This document shows, one piece after another, positions 23,901 to 36,905 of a stretch of DNA of 64,000 nt. The translations under genes were made by a program, and so were the position numbers. A model generated the notes under the pieces. The model ran no database searches and was not told the origin of the DNA. It saw nothing but the letters and a program-made list of their open reading frames with translations. The stretch spans positions 29,926,299 to 29,990,298 of the forward strand of contig NC_134025.1 of NCBI RefSeq assembly GCF_964204645.1, read 5' to 3'. Positions within the stretch are counted from its first letter, which is position 1, and every line of letters starts with the position of its first letter. This DNA is from Tubulanus polymorphus. Its lineage: Eukaryota; Animalia; Nemertea.

Positions 23901-26900
23901 TCCATGGCCCAGTTTTATATACCTTTTCAGTTGATACCAGTTTCAAAGCCAGGTCAAGGATTAAAAGAAAACTATGAGAGTAGAATGGTGTTTCGACTCA
24001 AATACTACAAGCCATTTTCAGAACTCATAGGATTTGAGTTGAGACTTTTTATTGATTCTGGGTTTTCCTTCAATTCAAACGTATACCTGTTTAATCATAC
24101 CGTTATAGAGCGAGGTCAATAGAGGTCATAGAAAGGTCATAGAGAGGTACGTTTTCATACATACATGTATTATAAACAAAATACTATTACTTACTGTAAT
24201 CTGCACGATTTGTAGTTAAAAATAAAACATAAAATTCACTAATTCCGAAAAGCGATGAACATAAAAAGGGTAGGTTTACTATAGTGAGGATTTAGCCATT
24301 CATGACGGGATAAATCGTGAACTGGTTTCGAGATGAATTTATTCGTTTAATCAACTGAAATGTGACGACGAATGAGAAGTAGAAGAATACTTACGCCCGG
24401 TCTCGGTAAAGACATGTAAATCTGTCGATCATTTTTCCCGGATAGAACGTCGTTGATATCCTTGACTAGAACGGAAAGATCATTGATCTGCGATTCCCAA
24501 CTGTCGCAGAAAACGTCTAAATTCTCTCGGGCTATTTTACTACTGTTGTATCGAGCTAGAGTCTTCCCTGCATAAATCAACTGAAAATACATACATACAA
24601 CATATAGGCTACCATAATAGTAAAACAACATTTGTCAAATCAGTAAACATGAAGATTGGTAGTACTTCAAAGTGGAGCGGCCTGGCCGAGTGGTTAGGGC
24701 GTTCGGCTCTGGGAAGCCAGGTCGTGGGTTCGAATCCCGTACATTGCCGTAGTGTCCTCGGGCAAGACACTTATCCTCATTGCCTCTCTCCACCCGGTAG
24801 TAAATGGATACCTGTGACTCCTGAGCGCTTGTTAGCAGCTCGGTGTTACTTCTCCCCAGGGAGAGATGACTGATACATGTTAGAGTATAAAATTGGCCGG
24901 GGTAATAATACCGAAAATGTAAAGCGCTCTGAGCAGCCTCGCTGGATTTAGCGCTATATAAGACACATATTATTATTATTATTATTATCATTATTCAAAG
25001 GTTTACTTGATTTTGTCCACTAAGTACTGCCAGTTTTCACCTTTTCTAGTTTGACACCAGGTTAACAAGTTCTTTTATTTGTCTGATATAGATGGTCAAG
25101 ATTCTTACCTGGGGACATAATGATTTAATACAGTTTTCAACGTGTTCAGCAGTTATCACTAGTGGGTCAAGGCTACAGATATGTCGTAATAATTTACAAA
25201 CCTGTAATCACAAATTAAACACATATAAGTCATGAGCAGTTAAAGAAACTTAAATAGTTTATGCAGTTCCATGTAGTTCATTTTCGATGTTTTAACTCAA
25301 GATCAAAATCCTAACTGCAGAAGTGGACTAGTTCTATTGGTCTACTAGTTACCAGGCTTGCTGTTTCTATGTATGAGCTCTGCACCTAATTTCACCAACA
25401 ATTCTCTTAATCATTACATTTTTGAACTTACTTCCTGAAGTTGTTCCGAATGTTCTTCAATTTTCACTGATAATTCACAAACTTGTTCGTAATCTCCGTT
25501 TAAACCGGCACTTTTTAAAGCCATCAACAAATCATGATCTTCGCTTGTTTTAAACAGTTCCGACGCTTGATCCATAGCTGTATCTTGTAACTAGAATCAA
25601 ATTCAATAAATCAGTGAAATGTTTCACACTTACTGAGAATGAAAACTTAAGTCTGAAAAGTTTAGTGGCTTACTCTATGCACTACATCCTTATAGTCATC
25701 TATTAGGATAAAGTCAAAACATAGAATAGACCATTAGCTCAATGAATCTTTAAAGACTTTTTTCATTCTCAGTTAATCTCATCCTGGATCAATAATTCAC
25801 CTGTTTTTTCAAAAGTTTCGACAATTCGCAAGTTTTCAGAATGGCTGTTTCTAATTCCTGACTTGGAGACACAGCATCTGACTGATCCTATAGAAAAAAT
25901 GGACAAATTTCATACATCGCAGCTTTACTTGTGTAGTGCATGTAAATAAGGGTTTATACAGATCAGGGAATTGTGAATCGATGATTAGCTGTGACCCTTG
26001 ACCAAAAATCCCCTGATTCAATTTTGAGATATCCCCAGTGGGGGTAGTTTCTTCTGATTGGCACCACCAATCACCAGCAAGAACAACAAGACACCAAACA
26101 TTCAAATTTCCGAATTTTGCAAGAAAAAGAATCAGAATTCCTTGATTTTCATTGCAGTGATAAATAAATCTGGACTTGAGTGATAGTCGCTGATTTCCCC
26201 GATCTGTAAGAACCCTGGTTAATGTATGCATTGTACGTACTAATAATATTCCTATTTTCACTACTAGTGATTGTTCATGTCTGAGTTTCTCACACAATTC
26301 TACAATACGTTCTCGATGCTCGTGAGTTGTATACGCTGAATCGGTAAAATCTTGAGTCGCTTCGATCAGATTTTCTAGCGCTATCGCGAGTTTACTCTGC
26401 GTTGTAGGTCCGACTAACGTTACCCTCGTCATTTCAACCAAATCCTGCGCAAAAACAATCACAATTTATCAATTCATGTTTCTTTTAGATTCCTGGTTTA
26501 TGTTGCCGTACAGTTATTAACTAGTATAAAGGCCGAGTTTGACTATAAAAGGTCAGACATGGCAGTATCTGTGAACTCATGGTGCAGTCAGGAGCTCCAG
26601 CGTTTGAAACTGGTTTTTCTTTATCATCTCCGTCAGTTTCTCAGGATAGGGTAACGGAGGAGGTGCAAAGTAACATAACTGCTAGGGCAGAAAGATGATT
26701 TTACACGTCCGAGCCGGCGCAGTTGCTAAAAGTTTGGTTTTAAGTTCACCTGCGTGAACCACAGTTTTAATTGTCACCAAGTCAGTTATTAATTGGTGAA
26801 CCGTCACCAACAATTGAGCAACTATGAACAAAAGCAGTCTGTGGCTGTGGTGTATTTATTCATCGGTTAATCAATCACTAGTGTTGACTATCACTAGTTC

Positions 26901-29900
26901 ATAATTAATGAATTATTGTAATGAAATCCTCGATCAATGAATATAAACAATAGACTCTTGTTACGTACATCGAACTCCTTCATACACCGATAAGCAGTAG
27001 GTTGAGAATGAGCGAGACCGATTCCTGAATCACCGTTCACAGCTGTAGGTGTCGGCGATGCGTCCGTATTTACCGGACCGGTATCTGATACAATATGCTG
27101 TATCAGATCCATAGCGTATCGCATCTGACTGAATACGCCGTCTCGACTCTTCTTAGCCGTATCACAATCGGGATGTCGTAAACTTGTCTGAAATCAACAA
27201 CGCAATGAGAATAATGAGAAACCAGGACGAAAGTGGAGCGATGTTGAGAGCAGGACCTTGAGAGACAGAGGCCGGTCGCGCAGTCCCGGTCTCATTACAA
27301 AAATGGTCTAAATCAAAATCGTGCCTGATCTAAACCCAGAACTGTGGAACTGAGGAGATCGGTTCCAATAAAACAACTTACTTTACAAGTTGTCAGAAGC
27401 ATCATTGTTCCCTTCTCTAATACAGTTCTCGCCACCCCCATCTGCGATCTTTGTTTGTCACTTTTTAAATCCTGTAATTCGTTAACGAAATATGATCAGT
27501 AACTGAAAGTTTCAATTAGATAACAGCACACACAGTTAGAATGACAAACTTCACTCACATTTTGTCTATCTCCGGTAAGATGAGCCAATTCGACCATCTC
27601 GTTACCAAACTGACTAAATGCCTTCACAAAATCCTGAAATCCTGTTACGGTTTCTATAATTCCTAAACTAACGGCCACCTGAAAATTACAAGATTTAATA
27701 CAGTTTTATGGAAAAAACCACAATTATGAAGTAAAAAGCAAAAGAGGATTTTGAAGGTTTTCAGAGCTATTTTCAAAACAGAGAAAATAAATAGCACTGA
27801 ACATGGTAGTCACTTTCGGCCAATTCACAATCCGCTGAGTTTTCCCTGAATGTTCGTTGTTTTAACACAAAATTCCCTGAGTAAATCCGAGGAATTTCTT
27901 TGCATGAAATGTTACAATTGATTCATTTTTTCATGAATCATATAGGCCCCTATTGATTAAGAAAAGGATGGACAATAACATATCCAAATTCCCTGTATTT
28001 TCCAGGTTTTCTTAGAAAAATTTGTCAAATTCCCCGAGTTAAATTATAAGGAAGCCAGAGTTATAATTAGGATTAATTCTATGAAACGCTAGTTCTAAAT
28101 AGTAAATCATCGGTACCTTATCTTTAGCCGCTAACAGTTGTTTAACTACGACTTTATCAGCGAGTAGAAGCACCTTGGTAATAGCGGATAATAACTGTCT
28201 AGCGGCTCGAACCATCGCCGTTTTCTCCGCGCCTTTCACCTGACCGGTCTCGTCTAGTTTCACGTCTGTTAGTTTCTGTATATTTTCGCCGCTGATTCTC
28301 GCTTCCTTGCACGCGTCGCACATGTCGTTACGTATTTCCACATTCTCCTCGGCGATCGATTCTCCGACCGTTACGAATCGAGATATCGCCAGATTCACCG
28401 CCTGCCCGACCCGAACCAGCGCTTTCAAAGTTTTCTCCGATTTGATCGGTCGATCTCTCGCGTTCACTAAAGTCGTTATCTACGAAGAGAATTATAAAAC
28501 ATGTTTTAGCGAAAACGATTAAAATATATAGAACATTAGCATATAGCATTCACACGCAATAACTCCACCGGAGCTTAAATTTGGCTCTAGCCTGGTCCAA
28601 TGTTCTTGATCACCCAAATTTAATCCATATCAAACCCATAACCACCGATTAGAAACTTTGTCGCGGGCCTAATCTGGCACCGCTGGGCAATTCAGCCCAG
28701 GTCAAAAATGCTCGTGTGATCGAGACAGCCTCGGATTATCATGCGTCCCGGCTGACAAAATACATGCACATGATGACGGGCGACCCTTCAACTGTAGCAG
28801 CTTTCACTCGCTAAATTGGTGCCACAACATCAGAAGCGAGCGAAGACAACTCTAACATATCATTTTCTATAAATACATGTGCTATTAAAGAAGCAGAAAC
28901 TGCTTCATTAGATTTATATCGATTTGACGAGTTATTTTTGTTTTTCCTTTTCTCGAAATAGAACTCAGCGTGAATGTGATTGTCACAGGGGAAGTTTATA
29001 TACCTTCAGGGCGAACGCTGATCCAAATAGATTCATTTCAACGCGGATCAATAATTCAAGCATGTACCGTGTATATATATCAATAATTAACACAAGTGCA
29101 AATATTGGATCAATCGTCGAACACGCTGCGACCAGGGGGGTTGACTTTCAGAGAATACCGAACTGTAACTGGAAGAGAGGGTTCGCAGTTAGAAGAATCT
29201 GTCGAAACTCAAGAGAACACTGTCGCTGTATCTCCGGAGATGGTGTCACATGAATATACATTAATACGGATCTCCGATAAACCTTCTGCTCCGATACCCC
29301 TCACCAGCCGATTGCAAAAATGTCACTAGATCGAGTTCCAATTACATTTAGAATAGGTCGATTTCAAGCGCGTCGACCCGAGCTGGATAAGGTTTGATCG
29401 CGGAACAGGGTGTAGACAGGACGACAACAACTATCATGAACTTTAATGAATCGATTGTGTAAATAGAGAAGATCATTTCCTGTGAGTTGTGAGAGACAGG
29501 AAATAAACAGAGATAGACCTGATACAGGTGTCAATCCAATCAATCAGTCAATATTCACTTTATAGCCAGCCAACCAAATACTGCTTGATCTCAACAAAAA
29601 ACAAGAAAACTTACTCGAAAGATTATCGACACCTTGAAGAAAAATAACACATATATTGCCTAATACTATCGACAATGAATAATATTACAAAACATTAAGG
29701 ACCAATTAAGTTATTTTGAATCTGAATAGGCCTATATCGATAATTTGAATCTAGTTGACCGGTACCGATCTAACAACGCGAGCCCCAATATTGATGACAT
29801 AGTGCACATCCACTCAAAATTCATTATCAAAACGACAGCAATCTATCTAACAGAAAATGAGGCATGAAATATATCTAATTGCAGAATGAAAACCAAAATT

Positions 29901-32900
29901 CACAGTCGTAATTATCATTTTGAAACACCAATATTGATGACATAGTGCACATTCTCTTACGCAATATACTTATTTCCATTACGAAATATTTTTGATTACA
30001 AAATAAATGCCAAAATTCACAATTCTGATAGTTATTTTGAAACGCCAATATTGATGACGTAGTGCACATTCTCTGACGCAATATACTTATTTCCATTACG
30101 AAATATTTTTGATTACAAAATAAACGCCAAAATTCACAATTCTGATAGTTATTTTGAAACGCCAATATTGATGACGTAGTGCACATTGACTCACTGTCTT
30201 TACCCACTCAGTATGACATTGAAATACAATATTTTTCCGTTTGAAAAAAATTTTATTGACATTTATATTACTTGAATTACTTATATTACAGTAATATGAT
30301 AAAAGCGCTAAGCTTTTTCCCCCTATAATGAGCCTTATATGGGTGAAAGCTACTCGCATGATTTTGGCTATGTGCAGTTTAGAATACTTAACTTATCATA
30401 ACCGTGACCTCTGAGATTATACTAGAATAATCATTAATCAACCTTTGCTTCCAATTGAATCAAATGAAAACAAGTCTATGATAATAGTTTAGCATTATAA
30501 TTAGGTTAACAGATTAATTGAACACAGGTCACTGTATAATATACTGATAGAATACTGATAGGATAGTGACTGCGTAGAGAAACTAAAAGCCACCCACGAG
30601 TTCATGAATTACATCGAGCTGTTGTATCTCTTGCGTCTGTCTTTCTACACGGTACACGTTTAGCCCTGACATTAAAAACCGAGGAGATGTTTTAGACTCG
30701 TTTCCGGGAGTCTTTTTTAATCAAAATACGTGGAATTAGCTTCCCCCCCCTCGTAGCCGTTTCAATGTTCTTTGTTCAAAGGGAATAACATCAAAATGTT
30801 AGCTTTCACTAAGTCGTAATCGATAAATCGATGTGAACAATTAAATAAACACGTCCATTAGTGAACATGGGGGGAGGGGAGGGAGGGAGGGGGAGGGAGA
30901 GGTAGGGGGTTTTTATCAATCAGGTAAACTGCTATAGAAACTAAGGTGGATTGTACCGGCAAACAGAAAAGTGCACTTTTCCAGTAAAAGCGGCACAAAG
31001 TAAAAGTAATCCTCTATTCATTTTGCATTCTTTTGACACAGGAGCCACAGTAGCACCTCCTTACAACAAACTTCAGGGGATGAGATAATCTTGTTATAAC
31101 CGATAGTTCTATAGCCTAGCGGAACCTCGTTATAACGAACTTCAGGGAACCAGAAAAAATCTGTTCGTTATAGCTGTTCGTTATAACCAGTATGAAATTA
31201 TTAAATTTGTCCTGTTTCAGATGAAAGTTTGTAATAAACAATAACTCATTATATCTGAGGTTGTTGTGAAGAGGTTTCCGTGATAGTCTATTCTATACTG
31301 ATGATCACGGATGAGATTTTGTGAGCGAGGTTTCTGGATTTCTAGACTGTAGCGCGTACAGTCTGGATCCAGTCTGAATTCACCCCCCAGAGATAAACAT
31401 CATCCGCGCGATATGCTTTATGCTTTAATATGATATACGCAGAATTTTGATATCTATCTCTGACTCAATCTGTATTCAACGTCTATTTTACCGTTTCATC
31501 TTCTCTCTCAACTCCGTCATCATCGTTATTATCATTCTCAGAGAGATTAACCCAGGAATCTGGAGATTATATTTCACTACAGGATTGATACGACGATGCG
31601 CGGCGAATAATGAACGTTCATCGCGACATTTCGGATGATTTGAATTAATGTTTTTGTAAAACTGTATTAACGGGTGTCATAAATTCTATCAGAACTAGTG
31701 ATCACAAACTGAAGGGTCTCGGATACATGCCAGCAAACTCCTTACTATAAGAGAGGGAAAGAGAGAGTGAGAGAAAGGCTGAAACATACGATATTAATCA
31801 TCTATAACCATCCAACTAGAACTAATAATTGGTAATTACCATACATATACACTGAGTTTACAGGGGTTCCTATACAGCGCAGACAGCGCATACCACTGGC
31901 TGAGAGCACTGCAGCTTTTTAACAACCGTATTTAATAGAAATTTTGATAAAAATGTGAACAACACCAGCGAGGACCGGGGGTAATTGTGACAAGACATAA
32001 TTACATAAATGAACTGGAATTGCGGTCTGATAATTGATGAGAGAATGATTTATGTATGAAGTGTTTTTAATGATACGCGGCTATACGACGCAGTTTGAGA
32101 ACTGGTTAATTAGACAGCGAGAACTGGTTAATTAGACAGCGGTTAAATAATCATCAGCAGGCAATCATTTTTCATATGGATACAAGCAGGTGCTTCATGT
32201 GACATCTCTCTCTCTCCTCTCACCTCCCCCCCACGTCTCTCCCTCCTATACCCTCTCTATGAATATTAGCAGGTGCTTCATGTTACATCCCTCTCTGCCT
32301 CTCTCGACAGTTCTAACAATGATTTATAACGGATCTTATGTTCCTAATAACGTTCTCTTTATTTTGTTTATTAAGTATACCCATGCAACACTACCTTATA
32401 CAGTCCTGAAACAGCGAAACATAACTTGCATCCAGTTCCACTGTTTTGCCGAGTTAAAATTTTTTGACACTTTAAAAACCGTTACAATTCAATTGATGTT
32501 TATATAGTTTAAAACCTAGAATGCGTTGAGTTCTATGTGAATCAATGTGTACTACATCTTCAATATATCGGGGTTAGACTCGTTGCTGGTCAATTCATTT
32601 CAATCATCGATATATTCAAATCCAAAATTATTTCATTGATCCCTTAGGCCTATATTATATAATCTATACTATATCATTTATTGTCACAATATAAAGCACT
32701 ACATGTTTTCAAGGTGTCAACAAACTTTCAAGTTAATTTTGTCTAAAGTTTACTATTAGAAATAGGCCTATACTTGAACCCACATGAGCCGCTTTCATTT
32801 CACATGCAAAATTCCCTGACTATTCCCTGACATTTCTTTAGAAAAGAAAATTTCCTGACTTTCCAGGTTTACAAGTTGCCACCCTGTAATTTGAATTTGA

Positions 32901-34334
32901 GGACTACCATATGAATAAAACTAGGTGTAGACCATGGGTTACTGGGTTCACTGATACTTGTTCGGGAAACTTCCAGAGCAAGAAACAACAAATCTGGTAA
33001 CTAGTAAAAAAGATTCATCATTAGAATTCCATCGATGGATCTAAAGTTATTTCTAGAAACATGTGTCGACTATAAACTATTCAGAAGCTACTGACTGGAT
33101 ACAGCTGGAAAATATTTCTATTTGATGAATGAATGAATGAATGTAGTTAGTTGTATGTGTAGAATGCTGGTGAAGAGATGCATGCAGTTCATGGTTCAAT
33201 GATTTTACAGGAGCCAGTTGCTCAAAAGTTGAGTTAACCAGACTTTAGCAATTGGTTCATTTTCTTCAAATAAGAGTTAACCAGTGGATAGTTGACATAG
33301 TGCTGTGACAATCAAAATATCATTGTTACTATGGTATTTATGCACCGGTTATCTTTAGGCCCTAAACATCTTTTGAGAAACTGGCCCCTGACCGATTATT
33401 GTTGTTGAAAGACGACTCTCGGGTTTGAAACCCTATTCCCAGCAGATACGGTGGATTTGTGAATGACACCAAATCAAATCAACATATGAGGTAAAATCCC
33501 TATTTCAAGAGCGGGACTACAGAGCAGTTATTTGGAAATCTTTAATCTGTTTTGTATCAATAAGCACAGTACTAATCATTAAGCTATCATCCCATTTTAT
33601 GAACTCCATTATTGACATAAAAACTGGATTCTATACTATAGTTTTCCGCCTGCTGATGATGGCTACAGGTATCATCCTCAGTCTCCCTCAACTCAACATC
33701 AATTGATGATTCACAAATATATTATTATCACTGTATGTTAAACAGATTAACTTGATAAACATTGAATTGAATGAGTCAAGCTTATAAAACTAAAGGTTGA
33801 TCTATAAACAGCTTACTTCATGAATAAAGAGAATTTCTAATGAGATGAATGTAAAATAAGTAAATTTGATCCTGAACTAACATGAAACTCATGCCTAACA
33901 TGAAAGGCCTACTGAAACTTAACAGACAGTGACAGTATCCCCAAAGCGGCAAAAACACACAGCAGCAAAATTGGTTAGTTACCTAAGCAGTGGTAAGCTT
34001 TTAGAATCTGTGAAAATATCCGATCGTGAAACTAAATCACAGATAGGTTAGTGACTACTGCAAATGTGAGATTTTATCCCAAAGATGGAACATTCGTTTG
34101 ACAGTAGTACGAAAGTAAAAAACACAGACTATTTAATACATAAATTGAAATGTCTAATTTGTTGTCATTAAAGATACTTATAGAGGAATTAAAGCAATCA
34201 ACAGCTATTGAAAATAAGTGAAATATTCAACTTACCTGCGTGACCAACGGTACTAAAGTTTGCTCCACGGATTTAGTCCGAATTTCAAGTGAAATTCGGG
34301 ATTCAAACCGCGGAGCTGCAGCTGCTGCAGCCAT
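20947..34334 (-). CDS. CTNNAL1: Alpha-catulin (vinculin/alpha-catenin family), multi-exon, complete
   Basis: ATG at 34334 (caaaATGg) reads MAAAAAAPRFESRISLEIRTKSVEQTLVPLVTQ, followed by a ~5.7-kb intron and ITTLVN..RVGQAVNLAISRFVTVGESIA. Later exons include FSQFGNEMVELAHLTGDRQ, TQDFTDSAYTTHEHRERI, YMSLPRPG, EQAKIA..MSSMAFSMYLFTRGEGPLRTTQDL and KVDSAIQETKNLM, which point to catulin rather than alpha-catenin. The last exon is 21141-20947. Confidence 0.93.
24673..24993 (+). mobile_element. tRNA-derived SINE with CORE-like central domain and L2-like 3' tail, apparently full length, with TSD
   Basis: A box TGGCCGAGTGG and B box GGTTCGAATCC. The central GTGTCCTCGGGCAAGACACTT..CCTC..GTAAATGG resembles the MIR/CORE domain. 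The tail is TGTAAAGCGCT...AGCGCTATATAA followed by (TAT)n. The direct repeat TTCAAAG flanks it at 24666-24672 and 24994-25000. Confidence 0.9.
27835..28040. mobile_element. Remnant of a CAGGGT-ended (hAT-like) non-autonomous element with AAATTCCCTG subterminal repeats; related copies at ~32805-32886, ~57975-58118 and ~61808-61967
   Basis: Repeated AAATTCCCTGA/TTTCCAGGTTT motifs. Termini GTTGCCACCCTG (~32875-32886), GTGGCCACCCC (~58108) and CAGGGTTTTTAC (~61808) are visible in the other copies. Confidence 0.55.
29785..30187. repeat. 117-bp tandem repeat (minisatellite; about 2.5 well-conserved units plus a degenerate one) in alpha-catulin intron 1
   Basis: The anchor CCAATATTGATGAC(A/G)TAGTGCACAT recurs at 29786, 29928, 30045 and 30162 (spacing 142, 117, 117). 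Confidence 0.9.
30869..30909 (+). other. G-rich tract able to form a G-quadruplex
   Basis: GGGGGAGGGGAGGGAGGGAGGGGGAGGGAGAGGTAGGGGG has more than four G3+ runs with 1-nt loops. Confidence 0.6.
31048..31281. mobile_element. pogo/Tigger-like MITE family (CAGTGGAACCTC TIR), with a duplicated left end; further copies at 37862-37890 and 40703-40868
   Basis: CAGTAGCACCTCCTTACAACAAACTTCAGGG (31048) and GCGGAACCTCGTTATAACGAACTTCAGGG (~31119) are followed by GAGGTTTCCGTG at the right end. The internal CCAGT..TATGAAAT..GTCCT.TTT.AGATGAAA is shared with the 40.7-kb copy. Confidence 0.65.
32097..32140. repeat. Perfect 22-bp tandem duplication
   Basis: GAGAACTGGTTAATTAGACAGC occurs twice in tandem. Confidence 0.9.
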
Positions 34335-34574
34335 TTTGACAACGTTCCCGATCGATATGATGGAAATAAAAATGAGTTCCTGGAAAACGAGAATGTTTTC
34401 AGGCGGATTTGTTGACACGGGTTTGGTTTTGAATAGCCCTAATTAACCACGGGCCAAGCACACCCTCGAGTCTATAGAGCGACGTGTCTCGCTTCATTGG
34501 GTTTCACACTGGACAGCTGTATGTTTCCGAGAAATGGGGTTAAGCGAGAAGCGGTTCGAACCCCGATTATGCCA

Positions 34575-34785
34575 TTTTTAATAGTTCCAGCCGGCAGCGT
34601 AGTGGGGCAGCACCTTACGATCTATTATTGCTGCACAACGATTAGGCCGGCTCCGATCATTACTAATGGGTTCCACTATCCGTGACATCCCAATTCATAT
34701 TCTCGTCTGACTACTGCGAATCAGTTAACCGATTCGAACCCGGGACGCCAGTAATGGCGAGAGCACCTCCAGTCTACCAAATACT
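34575..34785 (-). mobile_element. Candidate degenerate tRNA-headed SINE or Pol III element between the YPEL5 3' end and the alpha-catulin start
   Basis: On the minus strand an A-box-like TGGTAGACTGG (34779-34769) and a B box GGTTCGAATC (34740-34731) have tRNA-like spacing. There is no cloverleaf acceptor stem, and the 3' boundary is uncertain. Confidence 0.4.
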
Positions 34786-35641
34786 TAACAAAACTCATCA
34801 CTCATTAATAGTTATAAATAAATTTATTCTCAATACTTCTTTTCTATGAATCAATCACGAAGTAATCAGTAACATAAACATTGAATAATCAGGAACCGAC
34901 TCTCACAGTTTTAAATTGATTTTGTTAATTACCGGCTTCCAAACAACAGAAACTGCCTCATTCAAAGCACAAGTTGGTTTTCCATAATTAAAAAACTCCA
35001 GACTAGATAACAATAGAGTTGATAGGTGAATTCTCTCTCTAAATCATCAATTACAAGAGAGATGACAAAAAATATAATCATACCCATACAGGTCCAGAAA
35101 TAATTTCAAGAAAATCTGGAAATCAATTCAACATTATTTTTTTACCGCAATTTAACATATTGACTTTTGAAAAACGAAAAAACTACAACAGAATGCAGGG
35201 TAAAGCATACCAGCTAAATATTTACAAAGAATGATTTCAGCAAGCACACAGCAGCACAACATTAAATAACACAATAACTCTAAACCAATAATAACCACCA
35301 CAATCAAATACAGAGGTCTTTCACCGAACACGAGGCCTGATGCGCTTTCAAAATTAGTCCATTTATGGAAATTCAAACTGGATTTTTAGGTTCCCAAACC
35401 AGATATTATAATTCAAACCACAGTCTCTAATCATTTATGTACAACTTTCACAATCGGTATTTATCAGATTTTGCTGATTTGATTTCCACATTCAATACCT
35501 GTTAATTCAATCACTATACACAAGTAACATACTTCGCGATAGAATAGATTTATAAATCATATACAGAGATTGATGATCGATCTGATGATGATGGATTGAT
35601 ACTGATAAACATGAGGGGAAGATGACGTTATGATTGAACTC

Positions 35642-36034
35642 TCAATTGTTATTATCACTACTCGGACTGCTAGAGATATTTCCGGGCGGGTGTTCTTCAA
35701 AACCTTCACTCTCCGTAATCAAAGCCCGTTCCAAAATAACGCGTCCCTCTTTGTAACGTTGATTTTCTTCGGTAGCGAACTCGTAAATCCAACCGAGTTT
35801 CGCGTCGCAACTTTTACACAACACGTCGCGCACCATGTGACGTCCGGTGAGCATTACGCGATCCTGAACCTCGCTGTAGTTTAAATTAACGACTCTATTG
35901 AACAGAAACGCTCGTCCGGTCGCCCCAGTGAATCGTGTTGAGATCAATTCCGACCGGTTCGTCAACGGAGTGTCACAACTAGCGCACGAGAATAATCGCG
36001 ATCCTCCGATATGGTTCAAGAATATTCGACCCAT
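35642..36034 (-). CDS. YPEL5: Protein yippee-like 5 (130 aa, CDS in a single exon)
   Basis: [105 protein letters not shown] has two CxxC motifs. A 5' UTR intron acceptor (ttttcag) lies 11 nt upstream of the ATG. Confidence 0.97.
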   Translation of the reverse strand: MGRIFLNHIGGSRLFSCASCDTPLTNRSELISTRFTGATGRAFLFNRVVNLNYSEVQDRVMLTGRHMVRDVLCKSCDAKLGWIYEFATEENQRYKEGRVILERALITESEGFEEHPPGNISSSPSSDNNN

Positions 36035-36469
36035 ATTTGGTGGTGCTGAAAAGGAGGATAACATAGATGGAGAAAATTAAAGAAAAGTTGAAGAATTTTG
36101 ATTGACAGAGAATCCAGGATAGGTAAATTTAGATGTGTTCAGTTGTGTTACCTTATAAAAGTTGGCAACAGCAGCACCAAACAGAATTTCACAAAATAAC
36201 CACTGACAGCCAATCCTATACTTGTCTTCAATATTCTGCGGAGTAATGTGGAAATAAAATCAGTTGAATTTAGCTTGATTGACCTCTTTCATTCTCGTCA
36301 AAATCAAAACATTGCAGATAAACGCATCATTCACATTAATGAAACAGTTTTATGAAATGAAGAGTAATTCTACATTTAGATATATAAGATATCGATGTTT
36401 TAAAATAGAGATATCGGTTCTAGAATGTTAAGTTTGATCGCAATAAGAATTTATCCGAGGATTGTTTAC

Positions 36470-36905
36470 TCACAAATGACGTTTGTTGATCAAAACATTG
36501 ATGACGTCACACGTGCACGTGTTCCTGTCAAAGTTCATCAGTCACTGCGCATGCGTGTATTTTACCTGACACGAAGAATCATCTCACAAGGTGGCGCTAG
36601 TATCGCAATATTGCGCTTTATAAAAATGCTGTAAATTCTAATGTTGTTTCACATCTAAAGTTAATATTTCTAGTTCTTTTATTTTAGTTTGTATAATTTT
36701 GTGTTAGTTCTTTTAATCATCACACGACGGCGCTAGTATCGGTAGTTGTAGTTCCGCCAATGTTCGCACAGTGGCGCTAGTATCGCGGGGCCGAGTTCCG
36801 GTTTCTGACGAAGAGTTTGATCGCCGGATTAGCAATTTTCTCGTCGCTTAAAAATCGTTGAGAACTGACGTCAAACAGTGAAATAAACGTTTAAACGTCG
36901 GAACA
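36470..36905. promoter_or_regulatory. Bidirectional YPEL5/EHD promoter
   Basis: CRE TGACGTCA at ~36502 and ~36866, E-boxes CACGTG at ~36510-36521, NRF1-like TGCGCATGCG at ~36546, three GGCGCTAGTATCG motifs (36593, 36729, 36773) and an ETS-like TTCCGG at ~36796. Confidence 0.7.

Noticed and set aside
24673-24745. tRNA gene
   Set aside because: A and B boxes are present, but there is no closing acceptor stem or oligo-T terminator. The sequence continues into a SINE body and tail flanked by a TSD.
29785-30207. Regularly spaced repeats resembling a CRISPR array, and the 110-aa repetitive ORF 29875-30207
   Set aside because: The sequence between the anchors is itself repeated, so there are no unique spacers. 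The context is a eukaryotic intron. The ORF stays open only because the 117-bp unit is a multiple of 3.
35642-36064. Extended YPEL5 N-terminus ([10 protein letters not shown]) in the ORF track
   Set aside because: The upstream ATG lies in the polypyrimidine tract of a 5' UTR intron (acceptor ttttcag just upstream of 36045). The conserved start is MGRIFL at 36034.
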